A stretch of 64,000 nt of DNA from Myxococcota bacterium (lineage in GTDB: Bacteria > Myxococcota_A > UBA796 > UBA2385). The DNA lies in NCBI GenBank assembly GCA_044344255.1, contig JBIJDH010000005.1, forward strand, positions 32,001 through 96,000, given 5' to 3'. Position numbers and translations under genes: made by a program. This document shows, one piece after another, positions 47,969-56,434 of the stretch. Under the pieces are notes generated by a model that was not told the origin of the DNA, made no database searches, and saw only the letters and a list, made by a program, of their open reading frames with translations. The first letter of the stretch is position 1; each line of letters starts with the position of its first letter.

Positions 47969-50017
47969 ATGCTGCTGTTCCTCCTCCTCGCTTGCGCTGA
48001 CCTTGACGGCAAGGACAAGGCCGCCGCCATCCCCGACTCGGGGGTGCTCGACACCGCCACGTCCGGGGACACGGGCGCTGAGGACTCGGCCTGCACGACC
48101 TACGCTGATACGGACGGCGACGGCTACGGCGACCCCGACGTGATCTCCTGCGCAGAAGGGGCGGTGGCAGACACAACAGACTGCGATGATGCCAATGCGG
48201 CCGTCCATCCCCTGGCCGATGAGCACTGCGATGGCGAGGACGAAGACTGCGACGGCGTCGCCGACGAGGAGGCGGTCGACATGGCCTCCTACTCGACAGA
48301 CGGCGACGGCGACGGCCACGGCGACGGGGTGCCGTCCGCGACGGGCTGCACCGCGCCGACGGGTACGAGCGCGCTCGGCGACGACTGCGACGACACCGAC
48401 GCCGCTGTCTACCCCGGGGCCCCCGAGCTGTGTGACGGTCGGGACAACGGCTGCGACGCCTGGGAGGCGGCCGATGAGGTCGGCACCGTCACCTTCTACC
48501 TTCCCTCCGGCGCCGCGCGCGACGAGACCGACGTGTGGACAGGGGGCACCTCACGGGTGCCGCTGGAGCTGGAGCTGGAGGAGGGCACCTACGCGGTCTG
48601 CCCCGATACGTGGTTCGTCAACCTCACCGCCACCGCTCCGGTGAGCCTCGTCGGGGTGTACGGCCAGGGGGTCACCACGCTCTACGGGGTGTCCGACCGT
48701 ATCCTCCGGGCCGAGGACGACCTCGAGGTCTCCGGGCTGACCTTCACCATCGGTAACGCCGATGAAGGCGACGGCGGCGCGATCCTTCACCTCGCGGGGA
48801 CGCTGACCATCACCGACAGCTCCTTCCTCGAGAACACCGCCATTCGCGGCGGAGCTGTGGCGATTGAGCACGACCCCTTCGACCCTGGCGAGGTGACGCT
48901 CACCGACGTCTCCTTCAAGAGCGGCTACGCCGAGCGGGGCGCGGGTCTCTACGCCGACCTGAACACCTGGCTCCGTGCAGACGGCGTGATGTTCGAAGAC
49001 AATGCCGCGACGGACGACGGCGGGGGGCTGTCGGTCGCCGAGGCGGCCAACTTGGTGCTCACCGACTGCACCTTCACCGGCAACACTGCCGCTGACCTTG
49101 GGGGTGGGCTCCACGCAGAGGTCTCCTGGCCCATCGTGCTCACCGACACCCGCTTCGTCGGGAACGAGGCCGGCGGGGAGGGCGCCGGCGCATGGTTGTC
49201 TGGCCCCGACAACATCGACCTCTCCGGCGTCGAGCTCGAAGCCAATAAGGCCGGGAACGGCGGCGGTGGGCTCGCCGTCTATGCCGACAGCCTCCGGTCG
49301 TCCTCGCTCACCCTGGTGGACAACGTCTCCGACGGAGATGGCGGCGGCCTCTACGTCTTCGCGAACGGGGTGAGCCTCGAGGGCTTTGAAGCGACGGGCA
49401 ACCGCGCGAGCGGCGCGGGGGGCGGCGCGGCGGTGCTGGTCAGCTCCTCGCTGATCCTCCGCGGCGGCCGCCTCTCCGAGAACCAGGCCACGGACGCCGG
49501 TGGGCTCTGGGTGACCGGCCAGAGCGACCCCTCGGTGACCGCGACGCTGGACGAGGTGGTCTTCACCTCCAACACGGCCAACGACGGTGGCGGAGCGCGG
49601 ATGGAGGTGGGCACGGTGGACCTCCTCGCGGTCGAGATCGCTGGCAACGTGGCCGGCGGCGATGGCGGCGGCCTGTGGGTCGACGGGGAGGTCCGCGCCG
49701 GGACCGACGTGTGGGTGGAGGGCAACGCGGCAGACCGGGGTGGCGGTCTCTACCTGTTCCGGGGGAGCTACTCGTGCACCGGCTCGAGCAGCACGGACGA
49801 GGGCTTTCGCGCCAACTCGGCCGATCGGGGCGGCGCGGTGGCGATCGGCACCGAAGAGGGGATTGAGTTGGAGGCGGATCAATGCGACTTCGGCGTAGAT
49901 GGGGAGGACAACACCGCGACCGACGCCGGGCCGGACCTGTTCCTCACCGGGCCAGAGTCAGTCTATGGTTACGGCGACGACGCCAGCTTCACGTGTGACG
50001 CCGAGGTGTGCGGGTAG
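47969..50017 (+). CDS. Lipoprotein with MopE-like repeats and a right-handed beta-helix (N.A..GGGL repeats)
   Basis: Lipobox LLAC; DCDD..PGAPELCDG; many F.gN.A..GG(G/A) repeats. Confidence 0.85.
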   Translation: MLLFLLLACADLDGKDKAAAIPDSGVLDTATSGDTGAEDSACTTYADTDGDGYGDPDVISCAEGAVADTTDCDDANAAVHPLADEHCDGEDEDCDGVADEEAVDMASYSTDGDGDGHGDGVPSATGCTAPTGTSALGDDCDDTDAAVYPGAPELCDGRDNGCDAWEAADEVGTVTFYLPSGAARDETDVWTGGTSRVPLELELEEGTYAVCPDTWFVNLTATAPVSLVGVYGQGVTTLYGVSDRILRAEDDLEVSGLTFTIGNADEGDGGAILHLAGTLTITDSSFLENTAIRGGAVAIEHDPFDPGEVTLTDVSFKSGYAERGAGLYADLNTWLRADGVMFEDNAATDDGGGLSVAEAANLVLTDCTFTGNTAADLGGGLHAEVSWPIVLTDTRFVGNEAGGEGAGAWLSGPDNIDLSGVELEANKAGNGGGGLAVYADSLRSSSLTLVDNVSDGDGGGLYVFANGVSLEGFEATGNRASGAGGGAAVLVSSSLILRGGRLSENQATDAGGLWVTGQSDPSVTATLDEVVFTSNTANDGGGARMEVGTVDLLAVEIAGNVAGGDGGGLWVDGEVRAGTDVWVEGNAADRGGGLYLFRGSYSCTGSSSTDEGFRANSADRGGAVAIGTEEGIELEADQCDFGVDGEDNTATDAGPDLFLTGPESVYGYGDDASFTCDAEVCG

Positions 50018-50099
50018 CCGGGGGCATCGGCAAGGTGCCCCTCGATGGAGCACGAGCTGGGAACCGGAACGTCCGTCGGCGACGAACATTGCGCTGGTT

Positions 50100-50161
50100 T
50101 CAGCTCGAGGCGGAGCTGTAATGATGGAGCGCGAGGCTCCAGGTGGCCCGCCCGAGCAGCA
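50100..50161. repeat. att-like direct repeat copy 1 (displaced 3' end of the ABC permease gene)
   Basis: 62 bp matching 52551-52612 with one mismatch. Confidence 0.92.
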
Positions 50162-50207
50162 TTCACCCGGTCGTCGCGAATTGCCCCGTCACCGGTCATC
50201 AAGCCGA

Positions 50208-50471
50208 TCAGTCGGCCAGGACCTCCTCCACGGAGCTGGCGGTCAGGGCGCGGTCCAGCCAAGCGAAGAGGACGGAGGTCTCCTCGGTGGACTCGATGCG
50301 GACCACCGCGGCGGCGTCTGGATGTAGGCCCCGCGATCGGAGGACCTTGATCAAGGCCTGGGCGAGCCCCTCGGCCTTGCCTTCGGCCTTACCCTTGGCC
50401 TCCCCCTCGGCCTTGCCCATGGCGATGTACTTCTTGGCGAAGTCGCTCTTGTACTCATAGTTTTGAAGCAA
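50208..50471 (-). CDS. Putative in-frame internal small protein (RpnS-like, 87 aa)
   Basis: GGAGG (50481-50477), 5 nt, in-frame TTG (50471), then A/T-rich codons CTT CAA AAC TAT. Confidence 0.5.
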   Translation of the reverse strand: MLQNYEYKSDFAKKYIAMGKAEGEAKGKAEGKAEGLAQALIKVLRSRGLHPDAAAVVRIESTEETSVLFAWLDRALTASSVEEVLAD

Positions 50472-51089
50472 GGCGGCCTCCAGGGCGGCGCGGGCGGATT
50501 CGCCGAGCGCGTTCAAGATGAGGTCAGTGTAGGGGCGGGCCCGATCATCGTCAAGCTGAGCGACGACCCCGGCGGCGGCGGCGGCGATCGCAGCGCCGGC
50601 GGGCCCCGTGCCATGGACCAACGCGCTCAACACGAGGCGCTCCGGATGGGCGAGGGCCTCACTGGGGTCCGTAAGCAGCGGGATGTTGGCCGGCCCGATC
50701 ACGAGCGGCACGAGGACGGAGCCGGTGGGGCCGAGGGAGATGGGCTCCTTGGCCCAAACGGCGACCCTGGGGCTGAGCGTGAGCACGACGAGGACGACCT
50801 CGCGGCGCAGGCGATCCCGGGTGATCACGGTGTAGCTCGGCCAGGTCCAGAGCTTGTCGGGGTCGATGCGGAGCTGCACCTCGAGAATGAAGACGGGGCC
50901 TCGATCGGGGACCACGCCGAGGTCGGCCCTGCGCTCGATGGGCCTGGGGTCGGTGAGCGCGGTGTCGAGGGGCTGGAGGCCCCCGATGCCGCCTGCGACA
51001 GGGGCGAGGAAGGGCGCGGCGAGGTCTGCGACCAGCCGTAGATCGGCCCGGAAGAGGTCGATCAGCGTCTCGTGGAGGGAGGAGGGCAT
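50208..51089 (-). CDS. Rpn-like PD-(D/E)XK nuclease-family protein
   Basis: ERRADL..VFILEVQ..DPDK..WPSY core; C-terminal YKSDFAKKY, (GKAE)n repeats and WLDRALTASSVEEVL tail. Confidence 0.78.
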   Translation of the reverse strand: MPSSLHETLIDLFRADLRLVADLAAPFLAPVAGGIGGLQPLDTALTDPRPIERRADLGVVPDRGPVFILEVQLRIDPDKLWTWPSYTVITRDRLRREVVLVVLTLSPRVAVWAKEPISLGPTGSVLVPLVIGPANIPLLTDPSEALAHPERLVLSALVHGTGPAGAAIAAAAAGVVAQLDDDRARPYTDLILNALGESARAALEAALLQNYEYKSDFAKKYIAMGKAEGEAKGKAEGKAEGLAQALIKVLRSRGLHPDAAAVVRIESTEETSVLFAWLDRALTASSVEEVLAD

Positions 51090-51174
51090 GGGGTTCCTGG
51101 TGGGACCGGGGCGCGACAGGGGCGTTGTTCGCCGCTTAACCCGCACCAACGAGCAATATCGGCGGGCGTCTCCG

Positions 51175-51191
51175 TTGACTAATTGTGTCAA
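51175..51191. promoter_or_regulatory. Inverted repeat TTGAC-N7-GTCAA, candidate operator upstream of the Rpn-like gene
   Basis: TTGACTAATTGTGTCAA, AT-rich, between two island genes. Confidence 0.4.
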
Positions 51192-51249
51192 ACCTGAGCA
51201 AACAGGGGCGAGGGCTATGTGTTAATCGGGAGTACGGACCCCACGACCA

Positions 51250-51873
51250 TCATTCCCTTTTGCGACGAAAGGGTTGATCACCTTCCGCTATGTTGGTGGC
51301 TTCGTCTTCGATGGCCTGCAGACCGCGGATCAGGGCCAGCCGCAGAACGTCAGCGCGGGACAACTCTCCACCCACAGAGATCGTCGCCAGCGGCGAGCCC
51401 GTCTGGGTCAACAACCGTGCGAGCCTGTCAAGGCGGTCCACCAACTCAGGTTCACACACTTTACCAATGAGATGGTTCATCCTCGTGAGTCGCCCGGAAT
51501 TTGGTCGCCCCGTTGCGTTTCCTTTTGGCGAAGGTCGCTGCGTATCGTAGCATCTATCGAGGATGGCTGAAAAAGCTTGCATCTCATCAAAGCTGATGGT
51601 ATCCGCAGCAGGATTTTCAGGGAGCGTTGCTACCACTTTAACGGCGGATCCCCTCTTGTAACAAGCGCGAATGGTCGAGCAGAACTTGGCTCCGCCAAGC
51701 GGCGCTCCGTTCTGACCAAAATAAATATCGAGGGCGCGACCCAGGAGTGAAGAAAACCCGCCTTCTCTATCTGGCGGCGCGTTGTAGTCGTGATGCACGA
51801 CATTGCGAACATCCCATAATTCAATCTCGGTCTCGGAATCTGCATGGGCGTTGTTGCTTCCGCTGTGGGTCAT
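51250..51873 (-). CDS. Hypothetical protein with a C-terminal ribbon-helix-helix-like region
   Basis: AAGGA SD before the ATG; ELVDRLDRLA..LSRADVLRLALIRGLQAIE; atypical codon usage. Confidence 0.55.
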   Translation of the reverse strand: MTHSGSNNAHADSETEIELWDVRNVVHHDYNAPPDREGGFSSLLGRALDIYFGQNGAPLGGAKFCSTIRACYKRGSAVKVVATLPENPAADTISFDEMQAFSAILDRCYDTQRPSPKGNATGRPNSGRLTRMNHLIGKVCEPELVDRLDRLARLLTQTGSPLATISVGGELSRADVLRLALIRGLQAIEDEATNIAEGDQPFRRKRE

Positions 51874-52281
51874 CGATCCTTCTATGCGGCCAGCAAGGCA
51901 CGACTGCATTGGGCATCCCCAGATAGGCAGCGGTGATTGCGGATGCTGTACGTTGAGAGGTGTTGAAGGGTGAGAACGGCACAGTGATGGAGCGGTGACT
52001 TGGCCCGGAGTTGACGGTAGTGGGATGGCTGATCTGTGATCTATGCGATGGGATCCAGCTCCTCGGGTGGCGTCCCGTTCGGCATCACCACGAGGATGTT
52101 CCCGTCGCTCTCCGGCCGCTCGCGCTGCTGTGCACGGCTGCCGACGCGCCAAACCGAGCGCAGGGCCAGTGCGGCGACGAGGGGGTCAGGGAGGGGCGGA
52201 GGATGGGGTCCACGGTCGGCACGGTACCACCCGGCCGCGGATTTTGTCCAGCGTGAGGGCTTCACGGTGTCACTGCTTCTC

Positions 52282-52375
52282 CGCGTCCCCTTGCGCGTCC
52301 CCTTGCGCGTCCCTGTCCGCGTCCCTGTCCGCGTCCCTGTCCGCGTCCCTTCCGCGTGCCTGTCCGCGTCCCCCT
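52282..52375. repeat. About 8 copies of a 12-bp tandem unit (CGCGTCCCYKTS-like), iteron-like
   Basis: cgcgtccccttg x2, cgcgtccctgtc x3, then degenerate copies; one unit is 11 bp. Confidence 0.85.
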
Positions 52376-52550
52376 CCGGCGCCGATGCGGCGCCACCTCC
52401 CCCATAGGATGGGGGAGGCTGTTGGCCAGGGTAATCCGGCCATTGTCGCGGTGGCCTCGCGGCCGATGCTCCCCGGTAACAGAGGCGGTGGCGTTGTCTC
52501 CGTGTCCTCTGCACACGATCGAGGAAGGGGAGCGGATCCGACCCAGTGCC

Positions 52551-52612
52551 TCAGCTCGAGGCGGAGCTGTAATGACGGAGCGCGAGGCTCCAGGTGGCCC
52601 GCCCGAGCAGCA
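52551..52612. repeat. att-like direct repeat copy 2 (intact 3' end of the ABC permease gene)
   Basis: Encodes LLGRATWSLALRHYSSASS* on the minus strand; duplicated at 50100-50161. Confidence 0.92.
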
Positions 52613-53348
52613 CGAAGCCGACCGCGACGCCGAGGCCGAGCGCGGCCTCCGCGGGGCCGAGCTGGCCGCGGAGCGCCATCGCCGGCCAGGTGGTCATGAT
52701 GCCCACCGGCAGCACGAAGGTGAGGAGCCAGCGCACGGCCCCCTTGTAGAAGGCGACGGGCCAGCGGCCGACCTCGAGGGCGCTCTGCAGCAGGTAGGAC
52801 AGGTTGTCGACCCGCACGAACCAGAAGGAGGTGGCGGCCACCATCGTGAAGATGGCGTGCAGGATGAGCAGCCCCCCGGTGAGGAGCAGGGCGCTCAGCG
52901 CGACGTCGGCGAGGCCGGGCGGCTCGGGCAGGCGCCGCGCGGCGTGGATGAGGAGGCCGAGCCCGACGAGGGCGTGGGGGAGCTTGATCGGGTTCGTGCG
53001 GTGCACGCTCACCTGGAGCTGGGCGTCCAGCGGCTTTAAGAGCACGAAGTCAAAGGTGCCGTCCCGCACCTGCTGCACGACCGCGCGGAGGTTCGGCTCG
53101 ATGAGGCAGTTCATCAGCCCCTCGAGCACGATGAAGGAGCCCATCACGAGCAGGGCCTCGTCCTCGGTCCAGCCCGAGAGCCCCGGCGTGTAGCGGAAGA
53201 CCACGAGGAGGGGGGCCAGCACCCAGGCGAGGTTGACCACGGCCATCACGGCCTCGCCCCAGAAGCTGGCGCGGTACTGGAGCACGGTCATCAGGGCCAC
53301 GCGGAGCTCGGCCAAGAGCGCGCGGCTCACGGGGCGGAGGCGGCTCAT
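52551..53348 (-). CDS. ABC-2 family permease (DUF990-like)
   Basis: QYRASF, GW, VRDGTFDFVLLKPLD, GRWP..Y, TFVLP, HYSSASS. Confidence 0.9.
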   Translation of the reverse strand: MSRLRPVSRALLAELRVALMTVLQYRASFWGEAVMAVVNLAWVLAPLLVVFRYTPGLSGWTEDEALLVMGSFIVLEGLMNCLIEPNLRAVVQQVRDGTFDFVLLKPLDAQLQVSVHRTNPIKLPHALVGLGLLIHAARRLPEPPGLADVALSALLLTGGLLILHAIFTMVAATSFWFVRVDNLSYLLQSALEVGRWPVAFYKGAVRWLLTFVLPVGIMTTWPAMALRGQLGPAEAALGLGVAVGFVLLGRATWSLALRHYSSASS

Positions 53349-54163
53349 GCGCCGAAGGCCTCGTAGCGCCGGATGCCGCGCCGCCAGGTGAAGGTCGCGA
53401 GCAGCGCGAAGAAGGCCACCCAGCCCCACTGGACGAGGAGGCCCCCGAGCGCCTCCGAGCCCGACAGGCGCCCGCTCAGGAGCTCAGCGGAGAGGCCCAC
53501 CACCGCGCGGAAGGGCAGGAGCTCGACCACGGCGCGGAGGCCGGGGGGCAGCATCGCCAGCGGGAAGAGGTAGCCGCTGCAGAGCGCGAAGAGGCCGAAC
53601 CAGACGTTCCAGATGCCGAGCGACTGCTCGAGGAAGAAGGCGAGGCTCCCGAAGGTGACCTGACAGAAGAAGTTGACCAGCCAGCCGCCGGCCACCGCGA
53701 GCAGGGCCAGGGCGGCGGTGGCGGGGTCGAGGGCGACGAGCACGCCGGGCCGCCAGGCGACGATGAGGGCGAGGATCGGCAGCAGCACGACGAGGCGGAA
53801 GGGGAGAACCGCGAGGTTGTCGGCGGCGGCCACCACCATCGGGTTGATGGGCTTCAAGAGCTGCGGCGAGAGGGCGCCGGTGCGGATCGAATTGTTAAGG
53901 TCCCACACCACCCAGGCCCCCGTGAACTGCCGGGTGATGAGGCTGGCGGCGAAGTAGCGGGCGAGGTCGTCCTGGTTCATGCCCTCTACGGGGCCACCCT
54001 CGGCCACGCGGTCCCACACGAGCATCATGACGAGGGGCAGCGTGGCCGTGAGGATCCAGATCACGAGCTCGGCCCGGTAGGCCACCATCTCGGCGAGGCC
54101 CACGCGGAGGAGCGTCGGGAAGGCCTTGGCGGCGCGGCGGGCGTGGCCGAGACCCCCGCTCAT
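53345..54163 (-). CDS. ABC-2 family permease (DUF990-like)
   Basis: AYRAE, IRTGALSPQLLKP, SGYLFPL, LPF, GIRRYEAFGA. Confidence 0.9.
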   Translation of the reverse strand: MSGGLGHARRAAKAFPTLLRVGLAEMVAYRAELVIWILTATLPLVMMLVWDRVAEGGPVEGMNQDDLARYFAASLITRQFTGAWVVWDLNNSIRTGALSPQLLKPINPMVVAAADNLAVLPFRLVVLLPILALIVAWRPGVLVALDPATAALALLAVAGGWLVNFFCQVTFGSLAFFLEQSLGIWNVWFGLFALCSGYLFPLAMLPPGLRAVVELLPFRAVVGLSAELLSGRLSGSEALGGLLVQWGWVAFFALLATFTWRRGIRRYEAFGA

Positions 54164-55134
54164 GGGGCCGCCGCCTCGCCGAAGAGGCGCCGCAGCACGT
54201 CGTCGAGGGGGGTCTCCTCGACGGTGAGGTCGCGGACGGGGAGCGTGCGCAGCGCGCGGTCGACGGTGGCCTTCACCTCGGGGATCGGCACGAGCGCGAC
54301 AAAATTGCCCTCGACCTCCGTGAAGGGGGCGGCGGCGGCGACCTCCTCGGGGGTGGGCGGGCGGAGCAGGCGCACCACCACCCGTCGGTCGGGGGCGTAC
54401 TGCTCGACGAGGGCGGGGAGGGAGCCGTCATAGCGGAGCTTGCCCCCGGCGATGACGATGACGCGGTCGCAGAGGGCCTCGATGTCGGCCATGTAGTGGC
54501 TGGTGAGCAGGACGGTGGCGCCCGTCTTCTTGTTCCAGGACTGGATGAACTGCCGCACCGCCACCTGCATCCGCACGTCGAGGCCGATGGTGGGCTCATC
54601 GAGGAAGAGGACGGAGGGCCGGTGCAGGAGCGCGGCCGCGAGCTCGCACTTCATCCGCTCGCCGAGGGAGAGGTTGCGCACGGGGCGGTCGAGCAGGGGG
54701 CCGAGCTCGAGGAGCGAGACGAGCTCGTCGCGGGTCTCGGTGAAGGCCGCGTCCCCGAGGTCAAACATGGCCCGGTTGAGCTCGAAGGTCTCGGTGGCGG
54801 GTAGATCCCAACGGAGCTGCTGCTTCTGGCCCATCACGAGGGTGATGCGGCGGAGGAAGTCGGGCTGCCGCTCGGCGGGCCGGTAGCCCTCCACCGTCAC
54901 CGTCCCGCTCGAGGGCACGAGCAGCCCGGAGAGCATCTTCAGGGTGGTGGTCTTGCCGGCGCCGTTCGGGCCGAGGAAGCCCACCCGCTCCCCTCGCTCG
55001 ATGCGGAAGGAGACCCCGTCGACGGCCCGCACCTCGGTGTACTCGCGGTGGAAGACGCCGCGCACCGAGCCCCAGAGGCCGGGCTGCTTCTTGGGGCTCT
55101 GGTAGAGCTTGCTGAGGTCTTCGACGTGGATCAC
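54160..55134 (-). CDS. ABC transporter ATP-binding protein
   Basis: GPNGAGKTT, LSLGERMK, LFLDEPTIGLD, TSH. Confidence 0.95.
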   Translation of the reverse strand: MIHVEDLSKLYQSPKKQPGLWGSVRGVFHREYTEVRAVDGVSFRIERGERVGFLGPNGAGKTTTLKMLSGLLVPSSGTVTVEGYRPAERQPDFLRRITLVMGQKQQLRWDLPATETFELNRAMFDLGDAAFTETRDELVSLLELGPLLDRPVRNLSLGERMKCELAAALLHRPSVLFLDEPTIGLDVRMQVAVRQFIQSWNKKTGATVLLTSHYMADIEALCDRVIVIAGGKLRYDGSLPALVEQYAPDRRVVVRLLRPPTPEEVAAAAPFTEVEGNFVALVPIPEVKATVDRALRTLPVRDLTVEETPLDDVLRRLFGEAAAP

Positions 55135-55159
55135 GGCGCGAGCCTATCCCGCGCCTCGC

Positions 55160-56434
55160 TCAGAGCCCTCCGGTCACCTGGAGGAGCGCGAGGTTGGCGA
55201 CGTCGAGGTTCATCTGCTCGGAGAGCAGCGTGAGCCGGGCGGCGTTGAGGCCGAGGCGGGCGTCCTCGGCGTCGAGGAAGGAGATGGCCCCGGCGCTGAG
55301 GGAGACCTCGGCGAGGCGCAGGTTCTCGGTGGCGAGCTCCACCTCGCGCTCGGCGCTCTTCAGGGCGAGCCCGGCCCGCTCCCGCTCCTCCCAGGCGTTG
55401 CGCACCTCGGCCTTCACGCTGGCCTGCAGCTTCTCGACGGCCTCGGCGGCCTGGCGCTTGCGGCTGATCGCCTTGACCTGGTCGGTGGCGTGGGTGCCGC
55501 CGTCCCAGAGCGACCAGTTGGCGCTGACCACCACCATCCAGTTGGTGTTCTCCCCCGAGAAGCCCGTGTTCTCGGACCAGGCCTCCGTGAAGCGCCCGGA
55601 GACCATGGGCAGCCAGAGCAGCCCCACCGCCGAGTTGGCGAGGGAGGCCATGCGCTCCTGCTTCTCGGCGGCGATGAGCTCGGGCCGGGCGGCCTCGGCG
55701 CGGCCGAGGGCCTCCTCGTAAGAGCTGAAGGGCAGGGAGTGCGGGGCGCCGCCGGTGGGGACCGCGTCGCTGCGCTGGCCCATCACCTGGCTGAGCGCCT
55801 CCCTTGCTGCGGCCTTCCGCGCCCGGGCGCCTGCGAGGTCACGCTCGGCGCGGGAGACCGCGATCTGGGCCTGCAGATCGGCCTGTCGGGTGGCCATGCC
55901 GCTCTGGACGAGCTGCGCGACGGTCGCCTGGTGCTTGCCAGCGAGGGCGACCCCCTCCTCGGCGATCTTCTCGGCTTCGGTGGCCACTCGGAGGCCCCAC
56001 CAGGCCCGCGCCACGCCGAGCTTGACCTGGGAGCGCACCGCCCGCTCCTGCGCCCGCCCCGCCTCGGAGCCCGCCTTCGAGATCGCGAGGCCCGGGATGG
56101 CCGCGGCGCTGAAGAGGGGCTGGATGATGGTGAAGTTGGCGTCGAAGTAGGTCTTCTCCTGGATGACCAGGGGATCGCCGAGGTCCAGGCTCGCCGTCAT
56201 CGCCGGGGGGAGCAGCTTGGAGGGGTCAAAGGCCACCTCTCGCTGGTTGATCGTGTAGTTGCCGCCCACCGAGACCTTCGGGCCGACGTAGCCGATCGCC
56301 TGGATGCGGTCGGCGTCGGCCTGCACCGACTGTTCATGCACCATCGCGAGGTCGGGGTTGTTCTTCAGGGCGACCTCCCAGGCCTCGTCGAGGCTGAGGG
56401 CGGAGGCGGCCTGGCAGAGGAGGAGGAGCAGCAT
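55160..56434 (-). CDS. TolC-family outer membrane efflux protein
   Basis: LSLDEA..ALKNNPDL, RPEL, WSLWDGG, GAISFLD. Confidence 0.9.
   Translation of the reverse strand: MLLLLLCQAASALSLDEAWEVALKNNPDLAMVHEQSVQADADRIQAIGYVGPKVSVGGNYTINQREVAFDPSKLLPPAMTASLDLGDPLVIQEKTYFDANFTIIQPLFSAAAIPGLAISKAGSEAGRAQERAVRSQVKLGVARAWWGLRVATEAEKIAEEGVALAGKHQATVAQLVQSGMATRQADLQAQIAVSRAERDLAGARARKAAAREALSQVMGQRSDAVPTGGAPHSLPFSSYEEALGRAEAARPELIAAEKQERMASLANSAVGLLWLPMVSGRFTEAWSENTGFSGENTNWMVVVSANWSLWDGGTHATDQVKAISRKRQAAEAVEKLQASVKAEVRNAWEERERAGLALKSAEREVELATENLRLAEVSLSAGAISFLDAEDARLGLNAARLTLLSEQMNLDVANLALLQVTGGL

Larger units (their letters stand above)
50162..52550. mobile_element. Small integrated island or remnant, no integrase seen
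   Basis: Bounded by the 62-bp direct repeat; visibly lower GC at ~51150-52050; Rpn-like and RHH-like genes; tandem repeat array. Confidence 0.75.

Noticed and set aside
52041..52265. Possible ~74-aa minus-strand ORF inside the island
   Set aside because: No recognisable motif and a weak start context; cannot be supported as a gene.
50100..52612. Diversity-generating retroelement TR/VR pair or IS target-site duplication
   Set aside because: Only one mismatch, no reverse transcriptase in the window, no terminal inverted repeats or DDE transposase, and 62 bp is too long for a TSD; an att-type duplication fits better.
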